A stretch of 64,000 nucleotides of DNA from Eledone cirrhosa (GCA_964016885.1 OZ024751.1:13330001-13394000); one strand, 5' to 3'; positions 1 to 17,162 are shown, counted from the first letter of the stretch. Numbers and translations: made by a program. The notes: a model not told the origin generated them from the letters alone.

Positions 1-3
1 TCC

Positions 4-51
<48 letters not shown>

Positions 52-554
52 ATACAGGACTATAATGGTTTTATTCGAAGGAAATCACCAGGAATACATA
101 GTGAATACATAGTTTAGACAAGATTTGAACGTAGCACCGTGCAAAGCTGTACCCAGAGTATACACAATGCGTCATTCATAATGGGGGCGGTATATACACA
201 CTTATATACATACGCACACATACACATACACACACACATCACACACATACACACACACATCCATATATGTACACAAACATAATGTAACGATAGCCTATTT
301 AGTATTGAGGGGGATTAGGGAAAAAAAAACAAAACAATAAAGAAAATAGAACATTTAAGCGGAACAACCAAAGTGTAGTGTACTCCAATATAAAAGAGTA
401 AAAAGGGGTGGAAGAGGACGGTAAGACGGGATGCTAAGATATCAACAATTATCATCTACTTCTCTAGACCCGCCTTCTCCACATACACTTATAACCTTCA
501 TCGTCCAAGGGGACATGCTCAAGTTCCGTTCCGTGTTATTTTACTAAACGGTCT

Positions 555-557
<3 letters not shown>

Positions 558-596
<39 letters not shown>

Positions 597-646
597 GAGA
601 GAGGGGGGGGAAGCTAGATATATATATATATATATGAGAGAGAGAA

Positions 647-705
<59 letters not shown>

Positions 706-845
706 GGGAGGCGTAATATATATTTGTATATATACATATATATGATGGAAAATATATATATTTGTATATATACAATTATATATATATATATATATATGAG
801 GGATATATATATATTTGTATATATACATATATATATATGAGGGAA

Positions 846-880
<35 letters not shown>

Positions 881-1080
881 TGTATGTATGTATGTATGTA
901 TGTATGTACGTACGTACGTACGTATGTATGTATGTATGTACGTACGTATGTATGTATGTATGTATGTACGCACGCACGCATGCATGCACGTACGTACGTA
1001 CGTACGTACGTACGTATGTATGTATGTATGTATGTATGTATGTATGTATGTATGTATGTATGTATGTATGTATGTACGTA
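558..1080. repeat. (TA)n / (TATG)n / (TACG)n microsatellite block
   Basis: Direct reading of simple repeats. Confidence 0.95.
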
Positions 1081-1575
1081 TAATGCAGGGCGGGTACGAT
1101 ATAGAATAAAAACAAGTGAAAAAGGTGACGAAAAATGTCAAAATAACGTGTTTTGCTCATCACCATCATCACCACCACCACAACCACCACCACCACCATC
1201 ACCATCACCACCACCATCACCACCACCACCATCACCACCACCATCATCATCATCATTATCATAGGCCTTAATCCAAAGGAAAAACAGCAGCACTACCACA
1301 ATCAGCAACAACAACAACAACAGCACCGGCGTCAACAATTACACGTGATGGCGCCGGTGACTTCCAGTAGCCATTTCCAATAAGGAAGAACTCGGAATGG
1401 TGTGGGTGATGGCGGCGTTGGTGGTGGTAATAGGGTGTTGGGTATACTTATTTACATGTGTGTGTGTGGGTGCATGTGGGTGTATGTGTGTGTGTGTGGG
1501 TGCATGTGGGTGTATGTGTGGATATATGTATGTATGTATGTCTATAATGGTTTCTAACTTTACATTACTATTGGT

Positions 1576-1611
<36 letters not shown>

Positions 1612-1621
1612 TATATATATT

Positions 1622-1669
<48 letters not shown>

Positions 1670-1724
1670 TATATATATAGTAGAAACAATTATATATATA
1701 TATTATATATATATATATATATAT

Positions 1725-1886
1725 AATTGTTTCTACTTTTGGCACAAGGCCAGCAAATATTTTCGACCCCGTAAGGATGAAAGGCAAAGTTAACCTCGGC
1801 GGGATTTGAACTCAGACCATAAAGGGCCGTAACTCTTTGCTGCAAAGCATGGCGTCCGACCCTCTACCGATACTGCCAATCCACCG
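1725..1886 (-). mobile_element. tRNA-derived SINE, near full length (family S1; central gcctttcatccttacggggtcga domain, Meta-domain-like)
   Basis: Reverse complement has A-box-like tggcagtatcgg, B-box gagttcaaatcc, the shared central domain and 3' end agtagaaacaatt(AT)n; about 20 homologous copies in the window. Confidence 0.85.
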
Positions 1887-1901
1887 TCATTATATATATA
1901 T

Positions 1902-1999
1902 AAGGTTGACTTTGCCTTTCATCCTTACGGGGTCGATAAAACAAAGTACCAGTAATGCACTGGGTAATTGCTGGCCTTGTGCCTAACGTAGAAACAATT
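1902..1999 (+). mobile_element. S1 SINE, 5'-truncated
   Basis: gactttgcctttcatccttacggggtcgataaa...gtagaaacaatt followed by (AT)n. Confidence 0.85.
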
Positions 2000-2017
2000 A
2001 TATATATATATATAATG

Positions 2018-2090
2018 ACGGGGTCGATAAAATAAAGTACCAGTAATGCACTGGGTAATTGCTGGCCTTGTGCCTAAAGTAGAAACAATT
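2018..2090 (+). mobile_element. S1 SINE 3' fragment
   Basis: acggggtcgataaaataaagtaccag...agtagaaacaatt. Confidence 0.85.
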
Positions 2091-2110
2091 ATATATATAT
2101 ATATATATAT

Positions 2111-2198
2111 AATTGTTTCTACTTTTGGTTCAAGGCCAACATATACCCAGTGCATTACTGGTACTTTATTTTATCGACCCAGTAAGGATTAAAGGCAA
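2111..2198 (-). mobile_element. S1 SINE 3' fragment
   Basis: aattgtttctacttttgg...ttatcgacccagtaaggattaaaggcaaa. Confidence 0.8.
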
Positions 2199-3029
2199 AA
2201 TGGTTTGTAACTTTACATTACTATTAGTGTTATTTATATATTATGTGTGAACTACCTATATATATACATATATAGGTAGTTCATCTGACCCTATCCCCAC
2301 CCTTACTCCCTCACACCATCCTTACCCACCTTACCCATCTCACTATCCTCACCCACCTTACCCATCTCACTATCCTCACCCACCTTACCCACCTAACCAT
2401 CCCCACCCTCCTCCCCATTCACCCCACTAGCCTCACCCACCTCACCATCCTCACCCACCTCAGCCGCTATGTGGCGCCACCAGCCCAACATTTTGGTTTA
2501 CTCGGTTTTATTTCACTTCCTGTCAACACACAACTTTAAAGGAATCCCTTTGTTCTTGGTGTAATTATTATTATTTTTATATTTCATCTTCCACACCGTC
2601 GCCATCGCCATAATATTAGTTATCATCACCATCACCATCACCATCATCGCCATCGTATATCATAATATTCATCACCATCATCATCATCATCATCATCGTC
2701 ATCATAATATTAATTACCATCATCATCATCATCATAATATTCGTTACCATCACCACCACCATCATCATCATCAATATATACATCATCATCATCATCAATA
2801 TATACATCATCATCATCATCAATATAATCATCATCAATATAAACATCATCATCATCATCAATATAATCATGAGCAACACCAATAACATCATCGTTATCAC
2901 ACTCGTTATCGCCATCTACCCCCCCCCCTCCTCCTCATCATCATCATCATCACAACCACTACCACTACTAGTTATTCAATCAACTACAGCAACCGTAGCC
3001 CCACCACCACCACCACAGTCACTGCAACC

Positions 3030-4830
3030 TATATCATCATCACCATCATCATCGTATTCACCACCACCAATACCACCCCCTTCACCACAACCTCCATCAT
3101 CACCAACATCATCATATCCACCACCACCAATACCACCCCCTTTACCACAACCTCCATCATCACCATCATCATCATCATCATATCCACCACCACCAATACC
3201 ACCCCCTTCACACAACCTCCATCATCACCATCATCATCATATCCACCACCACCAATACCACCCCCTTCACCACAACCTCCATCATCACCATCATCATCAT
3301 ATCCACCACCACCAATACCACACCCTTCACCACAACCTCCATCATCACCATCATCATCATATCCACCACCAATACCACCCCCTTCACCACAACCTCCATC
3401 ATCATGACCATCATCATCATATCCACCACCACCAATACCACCCCTTCACCACAACCTCCATCATCACCATCATCATCATATCCACCACCACCAATACGAC
3501 CCCCTTCACCACAACCTCCATCATCACCATCATCATCATCATCATCATATCCACCACCACCAATACCACCCCCTTCACACAACCTCCATCATCACCATCA
3601 TCATCATATCCACCACCACCAATACCACCCCCTTCACCACAACTTCATCATCACCATCATCATCATATCCACCACCACCAATACGACCCCCTTCACCACA
3701 ACCTCCATCATCATCACCATCATCATCATATCCACCACCACCAATACCACCCCCTTCACCACAACTTCATCATCACCATCATCATCATATTCACCACCAC
3801 CAATACCACCCCCTTCACCACAACCTCCATCATCACCATCATCATCATATTCACCACCACCAATACCACCCCCTTCACCACAACCTCCATCATCACCATC
3901 ATCATATCCACCACCACCAATACGACCCCCTTCACCACAACCTCCATCATCATCACCATCATCATCATATTCACCACCACCAATACGACCCCATCACCAC
4001 AACCTCCATCATCACCATCATCATCATATCCACCACCACCAATACCACCCCCTTCACCACAACTTCATCATCACCATCATCATCATATTCACCACCACCA
4101 ATACCACCCCCTTCACCACAACCTCCATCATCACCATCATCATCATATTCACCACCACCAATACCACCCCCTTCACCACAACCTCCATCATCACCATCAT
4201 CATATCCACCACCACCAATACGACCCCCTTCACCACAACCTCCATCATCATCACCATCATCATCATATTCACCACCACCAATACGACCCCATCACCACAA
4301 CCTCCATCATCACCATCATCATCATATCCACCACCACCAATACCACCCCCTTCACCACAACCTCCATCATCACCATCATCATCATATCCACCACCACCAA
4401 TACCACCCCCTTCACCACAACCTCCATCATCACCATCATCATCATATCCACCACCACCAATACCACCCCCTTCACCACAACCTCCATCATCACCATCATC
4501 ATCATATCCACCACCACCAATACCACCCCCTTCACCACAACCTCCATCATCACCATCATCATCATATCCACCACCACCAATACCACCCCCTTCACCACAA
4601 CTTCATCATCACCATCATCATCATATTCACCACCACCAATACCACCCCCTTCACCACAACCTCCATCATCACCATCATCATCATATTCACCACCACCAAT
4701 ACCACCCCTTCACCACAACTTCATCATCACCATCATCATCATATCCACCACCACCAATACGACCCCATCACCACAACCTCCATCATCACCACCACCAATA
4801 CCACCTCCATCACCACAATCTCTATCATCA
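3030..4830. repeat. about 60-bp minisatellite built from CAT/CAC triplets
   Basis: Unit atcatatccaccaccaccaataccacccccttcaccacaacctccatcatcaccatcatc; identical 60-bp lines at 4321-4560; frameshifting unit variants. Confidence 0.95.
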
Positions 4831-4885
4831 TCATCATCATCATAAAATCAAAATGTCCCTGTGACATTTGCCCCGACTCATTACA

Positions 4886-5158
4886 TTCTGAGTTCAAATC
4901 CTGTCGAGGTCAGAAATGTCTTTCATTCTTCCGGAGTTCATAAAATATAGTTTGAGTCAAGTTATATATTAATGGAATTAATTGCCAGTGGAAAAACTCT
5001 CTCTTTCTCTCTCACTTTCCTTCATTTTTCTCACTTTTTTTCTCTCCCACTCTCTCTCTCCCTCTCTCTCTAAAATAAAGTACCAGTCCATTACTGAGGT
5101 CAATTTAACTGATTTTCTCCTATCCCAAATTGGTGGCCTTGTGCCCATGTTAGAAATC
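4886..5158 (+). mobile_element. Older S1-related SINE split by about 120 bp of other sequence
   Basis: B-box gagttcaaatcc near 4890 and decayed central domain; 3' half (taaaataaagtaccag...ggccttgtgccc...agaaa) resumes at 5071. Confidence 0.6.
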
Positions 5159-5339
5159 TCTCTCTCTCTCACACAACTGACACACCGACTTTCTTCACTT
5201 ACCATTCTCCCCGACTGCTGCTATGCCCTTATCTCTGACCACCTTCCCGCACACACAGACACACAACACACCTCCTGCCTTGACCCTCTGACCACTTCCT
5301 GTTGCGCGCGCACCCCACATCGCCCCTCTTCCGACCAAC

Positions 5340-6050
5340 CCAACCACGGATTACACATATTGGACATCGATCCCAAGAATCAAGCACATCCCCAGGATAT
5401 TACCCAGCATTCCACCACATCCTCTACGGAACTACCTTAAGGACTCACCCACAGACATACACTCAAAAAAACATTTTTCCAACACGCCACCTACATCCAC
5501 AACACGGATAAACACCACACACACGTGCGTACCACCACATATTTACACACTCAGCCTCCGGAATCCTCTACCCCACCCCTCTGACCCCTACCCATCCACA
5601 CACGCACACCGACGTACACCCCACCCCACACACACCTTTTCCTGAACATGCAACCCCGTTCTTCGCCCAACTCTTACTTCCACATACACACACACCACCT
5701 TCAGCCCTCCCCGCTCGGACACCCCGCTTCCCTCTCCCCACTCCACCCGCCACCACCCCTACACGCCCCACCACCTTCCACCACCTGTTTTACTTCATGT
5801 TTATTTTTATTTTTATTATGCTTTTATATTTAATTTCATTTGTACCGTTTCCTCTCACCCCCTTTTTTCTATATGTCTCTACACCACTCCCCTACACACC
5901 CTTGGAACTCTCTTCCCACACAGTTTTCACCTGAAGAAGGGCTTATGCCCGAAACGTCGTTCCCAACCACTACCCCACTCTCAAGAGCGTGAAACTAATA
6001 AACCTTTGTTCGTACTGCCTCTCTGTTTTGTTCCCGTTCAATTTTTTACT
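5340..6050 (+). mobile_element. Decayed 3' end of a Penelope-like element (GIY-YIG C-terminus remnant, 3' UTR, HHR), ending in (TA)n
   Basis: Broken frames read HTLKKTFFQHATY...HGIN, similar to the PLE endonuclease C-terminus LEQKFIFQxxTLxPxGIN; HHR at 5931; tail gcgtgaaactaata also at 32367 and, related, at 46872. Confidence 0.55.
5928..5960 (+). ncRNA. Minimal type I hammerhead ribozyme (PLE type)
   Basis: CTGAAGA (5931) a GGGC ttat GCCC GAAA (5951) CG TC; stem I only 2 bp, so partly decayed. Confidence 0.75.
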
Positions 6051-6060
6051 ATATATATAT

Positions 6061-6338
6061 ATGTAGAGGTTATATTTAATTTGTTGGGATACAACAAGCT
6101 AAAATATTTTTATAACTGATATAAAGCACTCAACAAATTATTGGAGTAAATATACAATATATTAACAAATGGAAACTGTATTTATAAAACCATATTTATT
6201 TCATTATACATATTTCAAGGGCCACCAAGGCAGATTATGGTGCGCTTTCATCAGATAAAATATAATACAGATTAGTTTTATAAATAAATATTGACATACC
6301 CTGAGAAAATGCAACCTTAACGGTTGGAGCTTCCTGGA
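6061..6338 (-). mobile_element. HHR element family A, copy 1, between (TA)n tracts
   Basis: Minus-strand HHR core at 6213-6254 (CTGATGA aagcgcacca..tggtggccctt GAAA); homologous to four other loci. Confidence 0.8.
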
Positions 6339-6350
6339 TATATATATATA

Positions 6351-6785
6351 AGTAGAAGTTGTATTTAATTTGTTGGAAGTCCGACAAACAGAAATGTTTA
6401 TAACTGATTAAGAGCACTCAACAGTTTAGTGGAGTAAATATACAATGATATTAAATGAATGGAAACAATATTTATAAAACCATATTTATTTTATTATATA
6501 TATTTCAAGGGAAACCAAGACAATATTGGTACGCTTTCATCAGATAAAATACAAAGTTTGTTTTATAAATAGAGACGTACCCATGAAAATCATACCTTAT
6601 CGGTTCACTACCCAGTGAATTTCCAACCGATAAGGTATGATTTCCATGGGTACGTCTCTATTTATAAAACAAACTTTGTATTTTATCTGATGAAAGCGCA
6701 CCAATGTGGTCTTGGTTGCCCTTGAAATATATATACTAAAATAAATATGGTTTTATAAATATAGTTTCCATTCATTTAATTTCAT

Positions 6786-6790
<5 letters not shown>
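6351..6790. mobile_element. HHR element family A, fold-back copy (arms about 6440-6605 and 6625-6790)
   Basis: About 165-bp inverted arms with 19-bp spacer; HHR cores at 6503-6543 (-) and 6687-6727 (+); (TA)n on both sides. Confidence 0.85.
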
Positions 6791-6844
<54 letters not shown>

Positions 6845-6847
<3 letters not shown>

Positions 6848-7091
6848 AAAGTTCTATTTAAATTGTTGGGATACAACAAGCAAATATTTTTATAACTGAT
6901 ATAGACTATCCCTGATGTCTTCCAAAAGTAACGGTTGCATTTTGAAAGGGTATGTCAATATTTATTTATAAAACTGGTATATATTGTATTTTGTCTGATG
7001 AAAGCATACCATAATTTAACATGGTATCCTTGAAATATGTATAATAAAATAGATATGGTTTTATAAATATAGTTTCCATTTGATAATATCG

Positions 7092-7092
<1 letters not shown>
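6845..7092. mobile_element. HHR element family A: inverted 3' terminus (6845-6903) joined to forward HHR segment (6905-7092)
   Basis: HHR CTGATGA 6995, GAAA 7032, stem II core atacca/tggtat; (TA)n on both sides. Confidence 0.8.
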
Positions 7093-7123
<31 letters not shown>

Positions 7124-7406
7124 TCTATCTAGCCATCTCTGTATCTCTCTCGTAACCCTTTGAAACTGCCCCTGGTTCTGTTACACAAAGCTATGTTTTA
7201 TAGCGTTTATATTCATGAAAAAAACCTTGGCATCATAATTTCATTAAAAAAAAGCTTTGTTAAATTATGTTGCCAAACACCAGCTCAATACTGAAACTTA
7301 TATTGCTGTCTCTCCCCTTCCCCCTTTCTGTCATTGCTTAACACTCCTAGCCCCCTCCCCCATTTAAACACAAACAATATATACAGAACATGATTACATA
7401 TATATA

Positions 7407-7481
7407 CAGGGTGTCCCCAAAAATGTATACACACTTCAACAGCAGATGACTCAAAGTGTATACATTTTGGGGGTCACTTTG
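7407..7481. mobile_element. Tc1/mariner-type MITE
   Basis: TA|cagggtgtccccaaaaatgtatacac ... gtgtatacattttgggggtcactttg|TA; second copy at 19650. Confidence 0.75.
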
Positions 7482-7552
7482 TATATAACAGAACATATTA
7501 AATTGAATAAAATTTCACATTTTTCATAATTATTTGAAAACCATCGACAGAA

Positions 7553-7705
7553 TCTTCTATTAGAACTATGGTAACGAAACACAGGCAGTGTCTTCCGTGA
7601 GGAATATGGTAACGAAAGGAATAAAACACATTGTCTTCCATTAGAATATGGTAACGAAAGGGGTAACCAGAGGCAGTCTTCCATTAAAATATGGTAACGA
7701 AAGGA
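7553..7705. repeat. about 42-45-bp tandem repeat (tcttccattagaatatggtaacgaaa) x4
   Basis: Four diverged units. Confidence 0.8.
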
Positions 7706-7764
7706 GTAAAGGAACAAGTGTCTGCAGAATATTTCAACCACTTAGAGATATATTTTCACAATAT

Positions 7765-7841
7765 AGTTGCCTCCCGGTATTCGCGGGGAATACGTTCCCT
7801 GAGCATCCGCGAAGAATTTAAAAAAACGCGAATATTGGACG
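7765..7841 (+). mobile_element. Tigger/pogo-like terminal fragment
   Basis: tagttgcctcccggtattcgcggggaatacgttcc...ccgcgaa...cgcgaata resembles recalled Tigger/MER2-type ends. Confidence 0.5.
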
Positions 7842-8064
7842 TGGTCATAAAAATACCTATAAACGTCAAAACAGAACGTAATATAGAGGCCGGCAAATAC
7901 GGTATAGTGGATTGGCAGTATCGGTAGAGGGTTTGACGGTAGTATCGGTAGAGGGGAGAGGGGAAAGAATAGAGGGAGAGAGAGGAGGAAAGATATGTAA
8001 AAAAAGGCGAGGGGGAGAAGGAGGAGGCAAACATGAAAATAGCAATTTTATTAAAATTAATGAA

Positions 8065-9470
<1,406 letters not shown>

Positions 9471-10043
9471 CACACACCAGAGAATATATTGTAACAGTAA
9501 TGGTATTGAAAGAAGGAACGAAACGAAAGATTCCGGACACGAACAAAATAAAAAAACACAAAAAAAAACAAAAAAAAAGTTTTAAAACCAAAAAAAAAGA
9601 CCATAGGAATCAACGAAAAATCTATGAGATCTGTAATCAGAGAAGGTTTTATTATATAGAATAATTACCTCCATCGTTAGAGATTTACAACATTCACGTC
9701 TGTTGCCATTTCTGATCAGAGATCTCACAAGATTTCTGCTTGTTTTCTCCGTGATTTCGTCTGATAATACACCAACAGTGTTAAATCGAAAGAATTTTCT
9801 CACTTTTTATTCTAAACTTACCTTCATTTCTTCACGTAAATCTCGTTGATTTGTAATTTAAATTAATCAACCAAGGTGTATTTTGTTTTAATTTTATTTT
9901 ATATCGTGTTTGTTATATGTTGTTTTCCTCTTCACTTCCTCCACACTACATCACACCGCCGCCCTCTATAGAACTTATACGAAGGTTATATTATATTCAA
10001 ATACATTTTGTTACTGTTTCGTATATTTGTTATAAATTACCAT

Positions 10044-10135
10044 TATCATCATCATCATCATGATCATCATCATGATTTTACGTCCGCTTTTCCCTGCTTG
10101 CAAGGGTGGGACGGGAACTGATTCTGACGGGAACT
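10044..10135 (-). mobile_element. 3' end of a second SINE family (S2), (ATG)n tail
   Basis: catcatcat..ttttacgtccgcttttccctgcttgcaagggtgggacgg; homologous to 15957-16125. Confidence 0.6.
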
Positions 10136-10175
<40 letters not shown>

Positions 10176-10282
10176 ATATATATATATAATATATATAATA
10201 TATATATGTATATAATATATATATATAATATATATATAATATATAATATATATATATAATATATATAATATATATAATATAG

Positions 10283-10315
<33 letters not shown>

Positions 10316-10320
<5 letters not shown>

Positions 10321-10555
10321 ATATTAACAAATGGAAACTATATTTATAAAACCATAATTATTTTATTATATATATTTCAAGGGCGACCAAGGTAAATTAT
10401 GGTGCGCTTTCATCAGATAAAATACAGATTTGTTTTATAAATAAATATTGACATACCCGGAAAAAAAAACAACCTCAACGGTTGAAATTCGTTGAAATAA
10501 GTTATACAAATGTTTAAGGTTGTTAAATCCCAACAAATTAAATATAACCTCTGCA
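10316..10555. mobile_element. HHR element family A: minus HHR segment (10316-10490) plus inverted 3' terminus (10491-10555)
   Basis: Minus strand reads tattttat CTGATGA...GAAA tatata TA ataaaata (core 10375-10416, 8-bp stem I). Confidence 0.85.
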
Positions 10556-12210
<1,655 letters not shown>

Positions 12211-12263
<53 letters not shown>

Positions 12264-12276
12264 CATATATATATAC

Positions 12277-12307
<31 letters not shown>

Positions 12308-12398
12308 CATATATATATATATACATATATATATATACATATATATATACATATATATATATACATATATATATACATATATACATATATATATATAC

Positions 12399-12443
<45 letters not shown>

Positions 12444-12456
12444 CATATATATATAC

Positions 12457-12487
<31 letters not shown>

Positions 12488-12602
12488 CATATATATATAC
12501 ATATATATATATATATACATATATATATACATATATATATATACATATATATATACATATATATATATATATACATATATATATACATATATATATATAT
12601 AC

Positions 12603-12633
<31 letters not shown>

Positions 12634-12660
12634 CATATATATACATAATATATATACATA

Positions 12661-12743
<83 letters not shown>

Positions 12744-12848
12744 ATATATATACATATATATGTGTATATATATATATATATACACATAATATATATACAT
12801 ATATATATGTATATATATATATACACATAATATATATACATATATATG

Positions 12849-12880
<32 letters not shown>

Positions 12881-12881
12881 C

Positions 12882-12928
<47 letters not shown>

Positions 12929-12951
12929 CATATATACATATATATATATAC

Positions 12952-13002
<51 letters not shown>

Positions 13003-13095
13003 CATATATATATACATATATATATATACATATATATATATATACATATATATATACATATATATATATACATATATATATACATATATATATAC

Positions 13096-13191
<96 letters not shown>

Positions 13192-13235
13192 ATACATATA
13201 CATATATATATACATATATATATATATACATATAC

Positions 13236-13327
<92 letters not shown>

Positions 13328-13329
13328 AC

Positions 13330-13363
<34 letters not shown>

Positions 13364-13693
13364 ACATATATATAATATATATGTATACATATATATGTAT
13401 ACATATATATATGTATAATATATATACATATATATAATATATATGTATATATATATGTATACATATATATATGTATAATATATATACATATATATAATAT
13501 ATATGTATATATATATATATCTATACATATATATATATATGTATACATATATATGTATGTATATGTATACATATATGTGTGTGTGTATGTGCATATGTAT
13601 AAATATATATATATATATATATACATACATATATATATATACATCCATATATATATATATATATATATATATGTGTATATATATATATATATA
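12211..13693. repeat. (TA)n/(TACA)n microsatellite, about 1.5 kb
   Basis: Direct. Confidence 0.97.
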
Positions 13694-13881
13694 TAACGAA
13701 GGAATTGTGGTAAGGAACCAGATAGACCATAACGCACCGGAGTACTCAATACTTAGGGTAGCAGAGTGGGTAATAGGAAAATGTATGACCCCGACGGCAC
13801 AGCTCAAGCCGTTTAGACGGCTATTGCGTCCAGAAATAGCCGTCGAAAGGGCTTGAGCTCTGCCGTCGGGGTCATAAATTG

Positions 13882-13885
<4 letters not shown>
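13694..13885. mobile_element. Family B fold-back element, copy 2
   Basis: Same taacgaagg start and same short-arm end; different hairpin centre. Confidence 0.85.
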
Positions 13886-13919
<34 letters not shown>

Positions 13920-13996
13920 GTGTGTGCGTTTGTGATTGTGTGTGTATGTATGCATAAATGTATATTAAATTAATAGACACATATATTCAAAATCAC

Positions 13997-14126
<130 letters not shown>

Positions 14127-14777
14127 CTGTGTATCTGTATGTATGTGTATCTGTGTGTGTGTATGTATCCCTACATTAATGAATTAATAATGAGCGAAAT
14201 TTTGGTGGGAAACGAAAGAAATGATTTTTATCATTTCACTTAATATATATTAACATATTAGCAAAAATGGCGTTTTCTTTCCAAACCAATTCAGGTGAGG
14301 GAACAGGTAACAATGTTGTAAAATGTTGTATGTACTGAATAAACGAATTACCGTTTAAAGAAAATCCAAAGATATAACAGTAATTCTAAAAGATAAATTC
14401 CTGGAATATTCTAGAATGCAATGGAAGTTACTTCTATACAATAATTATATAGTGTATTATAAGACTGTAGAATAAATGTGCTGAGATGGAGATTGTTATC
14501 AAAGAACAAACAAATTAAAAAGGCGGGAAATGTGTGTATATTTGTGTGTGTTTTGTTTCTATTTAATTTGTGTTTTATTTTTTGGGGGGGGGTTCTTTTT
14601 AAAATTTTTCCATCGCGATACGTGATCCTAATTCAACGCATATATACAACGTCAGTGTAAACATGAGTGTTAAAATAGCTGTTGCCATATATATATATGT
14701 ATATATGTATATATGTATGTGTGCATGTGTATGTGTGTGTGTGTATGTGTGTATGCATATGTGTGTATGTATATATA

Positions 14778-14817
<40 letters not shown>

Positions 14818-14927
14818 TGAACGTGCGTCTGTATGTGTAACAAACATACGTATCATTTATGATTAAACGTATTTCTTTTTATACCTGTCTGTAATTATGT
14901 GTATATGGCACACACACACACACACAA

Positions 14928-14982
<55 letters not shown>

Positions 14983-15176
14983 GGGAGGTGTGCTCATGTA
15001 TGTGTATGTGTTCTCGTGGTTTTATTTCACAACTTACTTTCCAATAAAGAAAAAAATATTCGACAAATGAGACACAATGTTGTTTCATTCGAACCAAGAC
15101 ATCAATTTGGTACATATGTATATATATATATATATGTATATATGTATATATGTATGAATGTATATATGTATGAATG

Positions 15177-15216
<40 letters not shown>

Positions 15217-15619
15217 TATACATGTGTGTGTGTGTGTGTGTATGTATCACCCTTTAAAAGACCAAAATAATATATGTATGTATCAATCTATATATGTATG
15301 CATCTGTGTATGTATGTATCTATGTATGTACGCATGTAAATATGTATGTATCTATCTATCTATTTATGATTGTGTGTATGCATGTATGTATATATACATG
15401 TATGTACGTCCGCGTTCATGCATTTATATACACACGAATGTATATATTTACAAGCACGAATGTCTTTCAACATGTTTGATTATCGAAGCGTTGAGACACC
15501 CAAACGTACAAATTATTGTAATTATAGTCAATCTCTATGAATAATAGTTGAGAATACTGGATAAATTACTGTTTTTCCATTTTTAATGATAATCTGCGTA
15601 ATTTTCTCAACTATTATTA

Positions 15620-15768
15620 ATGCTTTCCAGCATAGTTACGTCCCTTTACGATCTGAGTTCAAATTCCGCAAAGGTTAACTTTGCCTTTCATCCTTACGAG
15701 GTCGATAAAATAAAGTACCAGTAATGTACTGGGTAATTGCTGGCCTTGTGCCTAAAGTAGAAACAATT
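15620..15768 (+). mobile_element. S1 SINE, 5'-truncated
   Basis: B box, central domain and agtagaaacaatt end. Confidence 0.85.
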
Positions 15769-15857
15769 CTTACAGTTATTTCTGCGTTTGGGATTCACAC
15801 ATATTTACACTCTATACATATGTATAAGTACTTACCACAATTTCTTAAATGTTTCAT

Positions 15858-15945
15858 ATACAAAGGTCGGCCGAAATGTTCATAGGCTGACCAAGATACT
15901 CTCATGGAATATCCAAATGAGGTTTATTTTTCAATATAGTCTCTT
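15858..15945 (+). mobile_element. Mariner-like left-end fragment
   Basis: tacaaaggtcggccgaaatgttcataggctgac...tttatttttcaatatagtctc resembles mariner 5' ends. Confidence 0.4.
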
Positions 15946-15955
15946 CGAAAGAAAG

Positions 15956-15956
<1 letters not shown>

Positions 15957-15986
<30 letters not shown>

Positions 15987-16125
15987 GTTTAACGTCCATC
16001 TTCCACGCTAGCATGGGTTAGACGGTTTTGCTCCATTTGATGCGGGAATGGTCAGGAAGCGTATCTGGCAGGGTTTTTTTTTGTTACAGCTGGATGCCCT
16101 TCCTAACACCAACCACATTTACTGT
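15957..16125 (-). mobile_element. S2 SINE 3' part with RTE/Ceph-domain-like motif
   Basis: Minus strand contains gttggtgttaggaagggcatccagctgtaa and ends in an (ATG)n tail. Confidence 0.65.
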
Positions 16126-16361
16126 GTGGACTGAGAGCCTTTTCAGTTATTAATAAGACGAATTGAAATTAATGTAAAATTTCACAGCTCTAGCATCACC
16201 ACTTGGTCAGCCTATCAACTTGTCAGCCGAACTTCGTATATTCATAATTCTATTTATATTTGTAATATCTTTATTAGCCATGAGACCCAGCTTCTCTAGA
16301 TAGGGGCTGAGATAGTTAGTCCGAAGGGCCACCAAATACAAGAGGAGAAGATGCAGTAATA

Positions 16362-16803
16362 TACGAGTGGATGCTGAAAGGTTCTTTACTTCATCGCTTC
16401 TACAGAGGCCTAGTTGGTGGTCTAACCTTCCGAGTTCTTTATACAGGGCTTAGAAAAACCGAAGGACCGCAGCAATAAGTGTGCGAATCAGAGAGGGGAA
16501 TATGTTGAATAAAATAATGGTTTCTGATTTAGGCACAAAGGCAACAATTTTGGTGGGAGGGGAAAGTCGATTAAATCGACCCCATGACGTTACTGGTACT
16601 TTATTTTATCGACCTCGTAAGGATGAAAGCAAAGCTAACCTCGGTGGGATTTGAACTCATAATGTAAAGGGCCGTAACTATATGTCGCGAAGCATAATGT
16701 CCAACACTCTAGCGATACTACCAATTGAATAAAATCATAATCAACTGATCCTCCTGTATTTTCTTTTACCCATAGCCAGGAATATTTCAGCACCTTCCAC
16801 ATA
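16362..16803 (+). mobile_element. Internally deleted mariner element (TIRs plus transposase C-terminus), interrupted by a SINE
   Basis: Ends tacgagtggatgctgaaaggttc / gaatatttcagcaccttccacata; residual frame EFFIQGLEKPKDRSNKCANQRGEYVE* matches the mariner transposase C-terminus. Confidence 0.8.
16516..16724 (-). mobile_element. S1-related SINE with 11-bp TSD ttgaataaaat
   Basis: TSD at 16505-16515 and 16725-16735. Confidence 0.85.
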
Positions 16804-17080
16804 TATACTATAATAGACTATAATGATAGATGTCGTACTATATACTAAAATAGTCACACTATAATGATAGATGTCGTACTATATACTAAAATAGTCACAC
16901 TATAATGATATATGTAGTACTATATACTATAATAGTCACACTATAATGATAGATGTAGTACTATATACTATAATAGTTAGACTATAATGATATAGTACTG
17001 TATATTATAATAGTCACACTATAATGATGTAGTACTGTATATTATAATAGACTATAATGGTAGATATAGTACTGTAGTAC
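16804..17080. repeat. about 40-bp minisatellite (tataatagtcacactataatgatagatgtagtac)
   Basis: About 7 units. Confidence 0.85.
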
Positions 17081-17162
17081 TATTACGATTAACGCAGTAT
17101 AATTTAGTTTCTATTCTTTATCCTCCAAACATATTTCGTCTTTCGTTTCATTGCGTATTTTT

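Noticed and set aside
2465-2552. Cluster of TF-like motifs (cacttcctg, ggaatccc)
   Set aside because: Short motifs expected by chance; no conservation data.
2869-4864. Extensin-like or His-rich ORFs
   Set aside because: Unit-length variants shift the frame repeatedly, so there is no frame conservation.
9616-9738. Imperfect inverted repeat (gagatctgtaatcaga / tctgatcagagatctc)
   Set aside because: Short and mismatched, with no HHR boxes or second copy.
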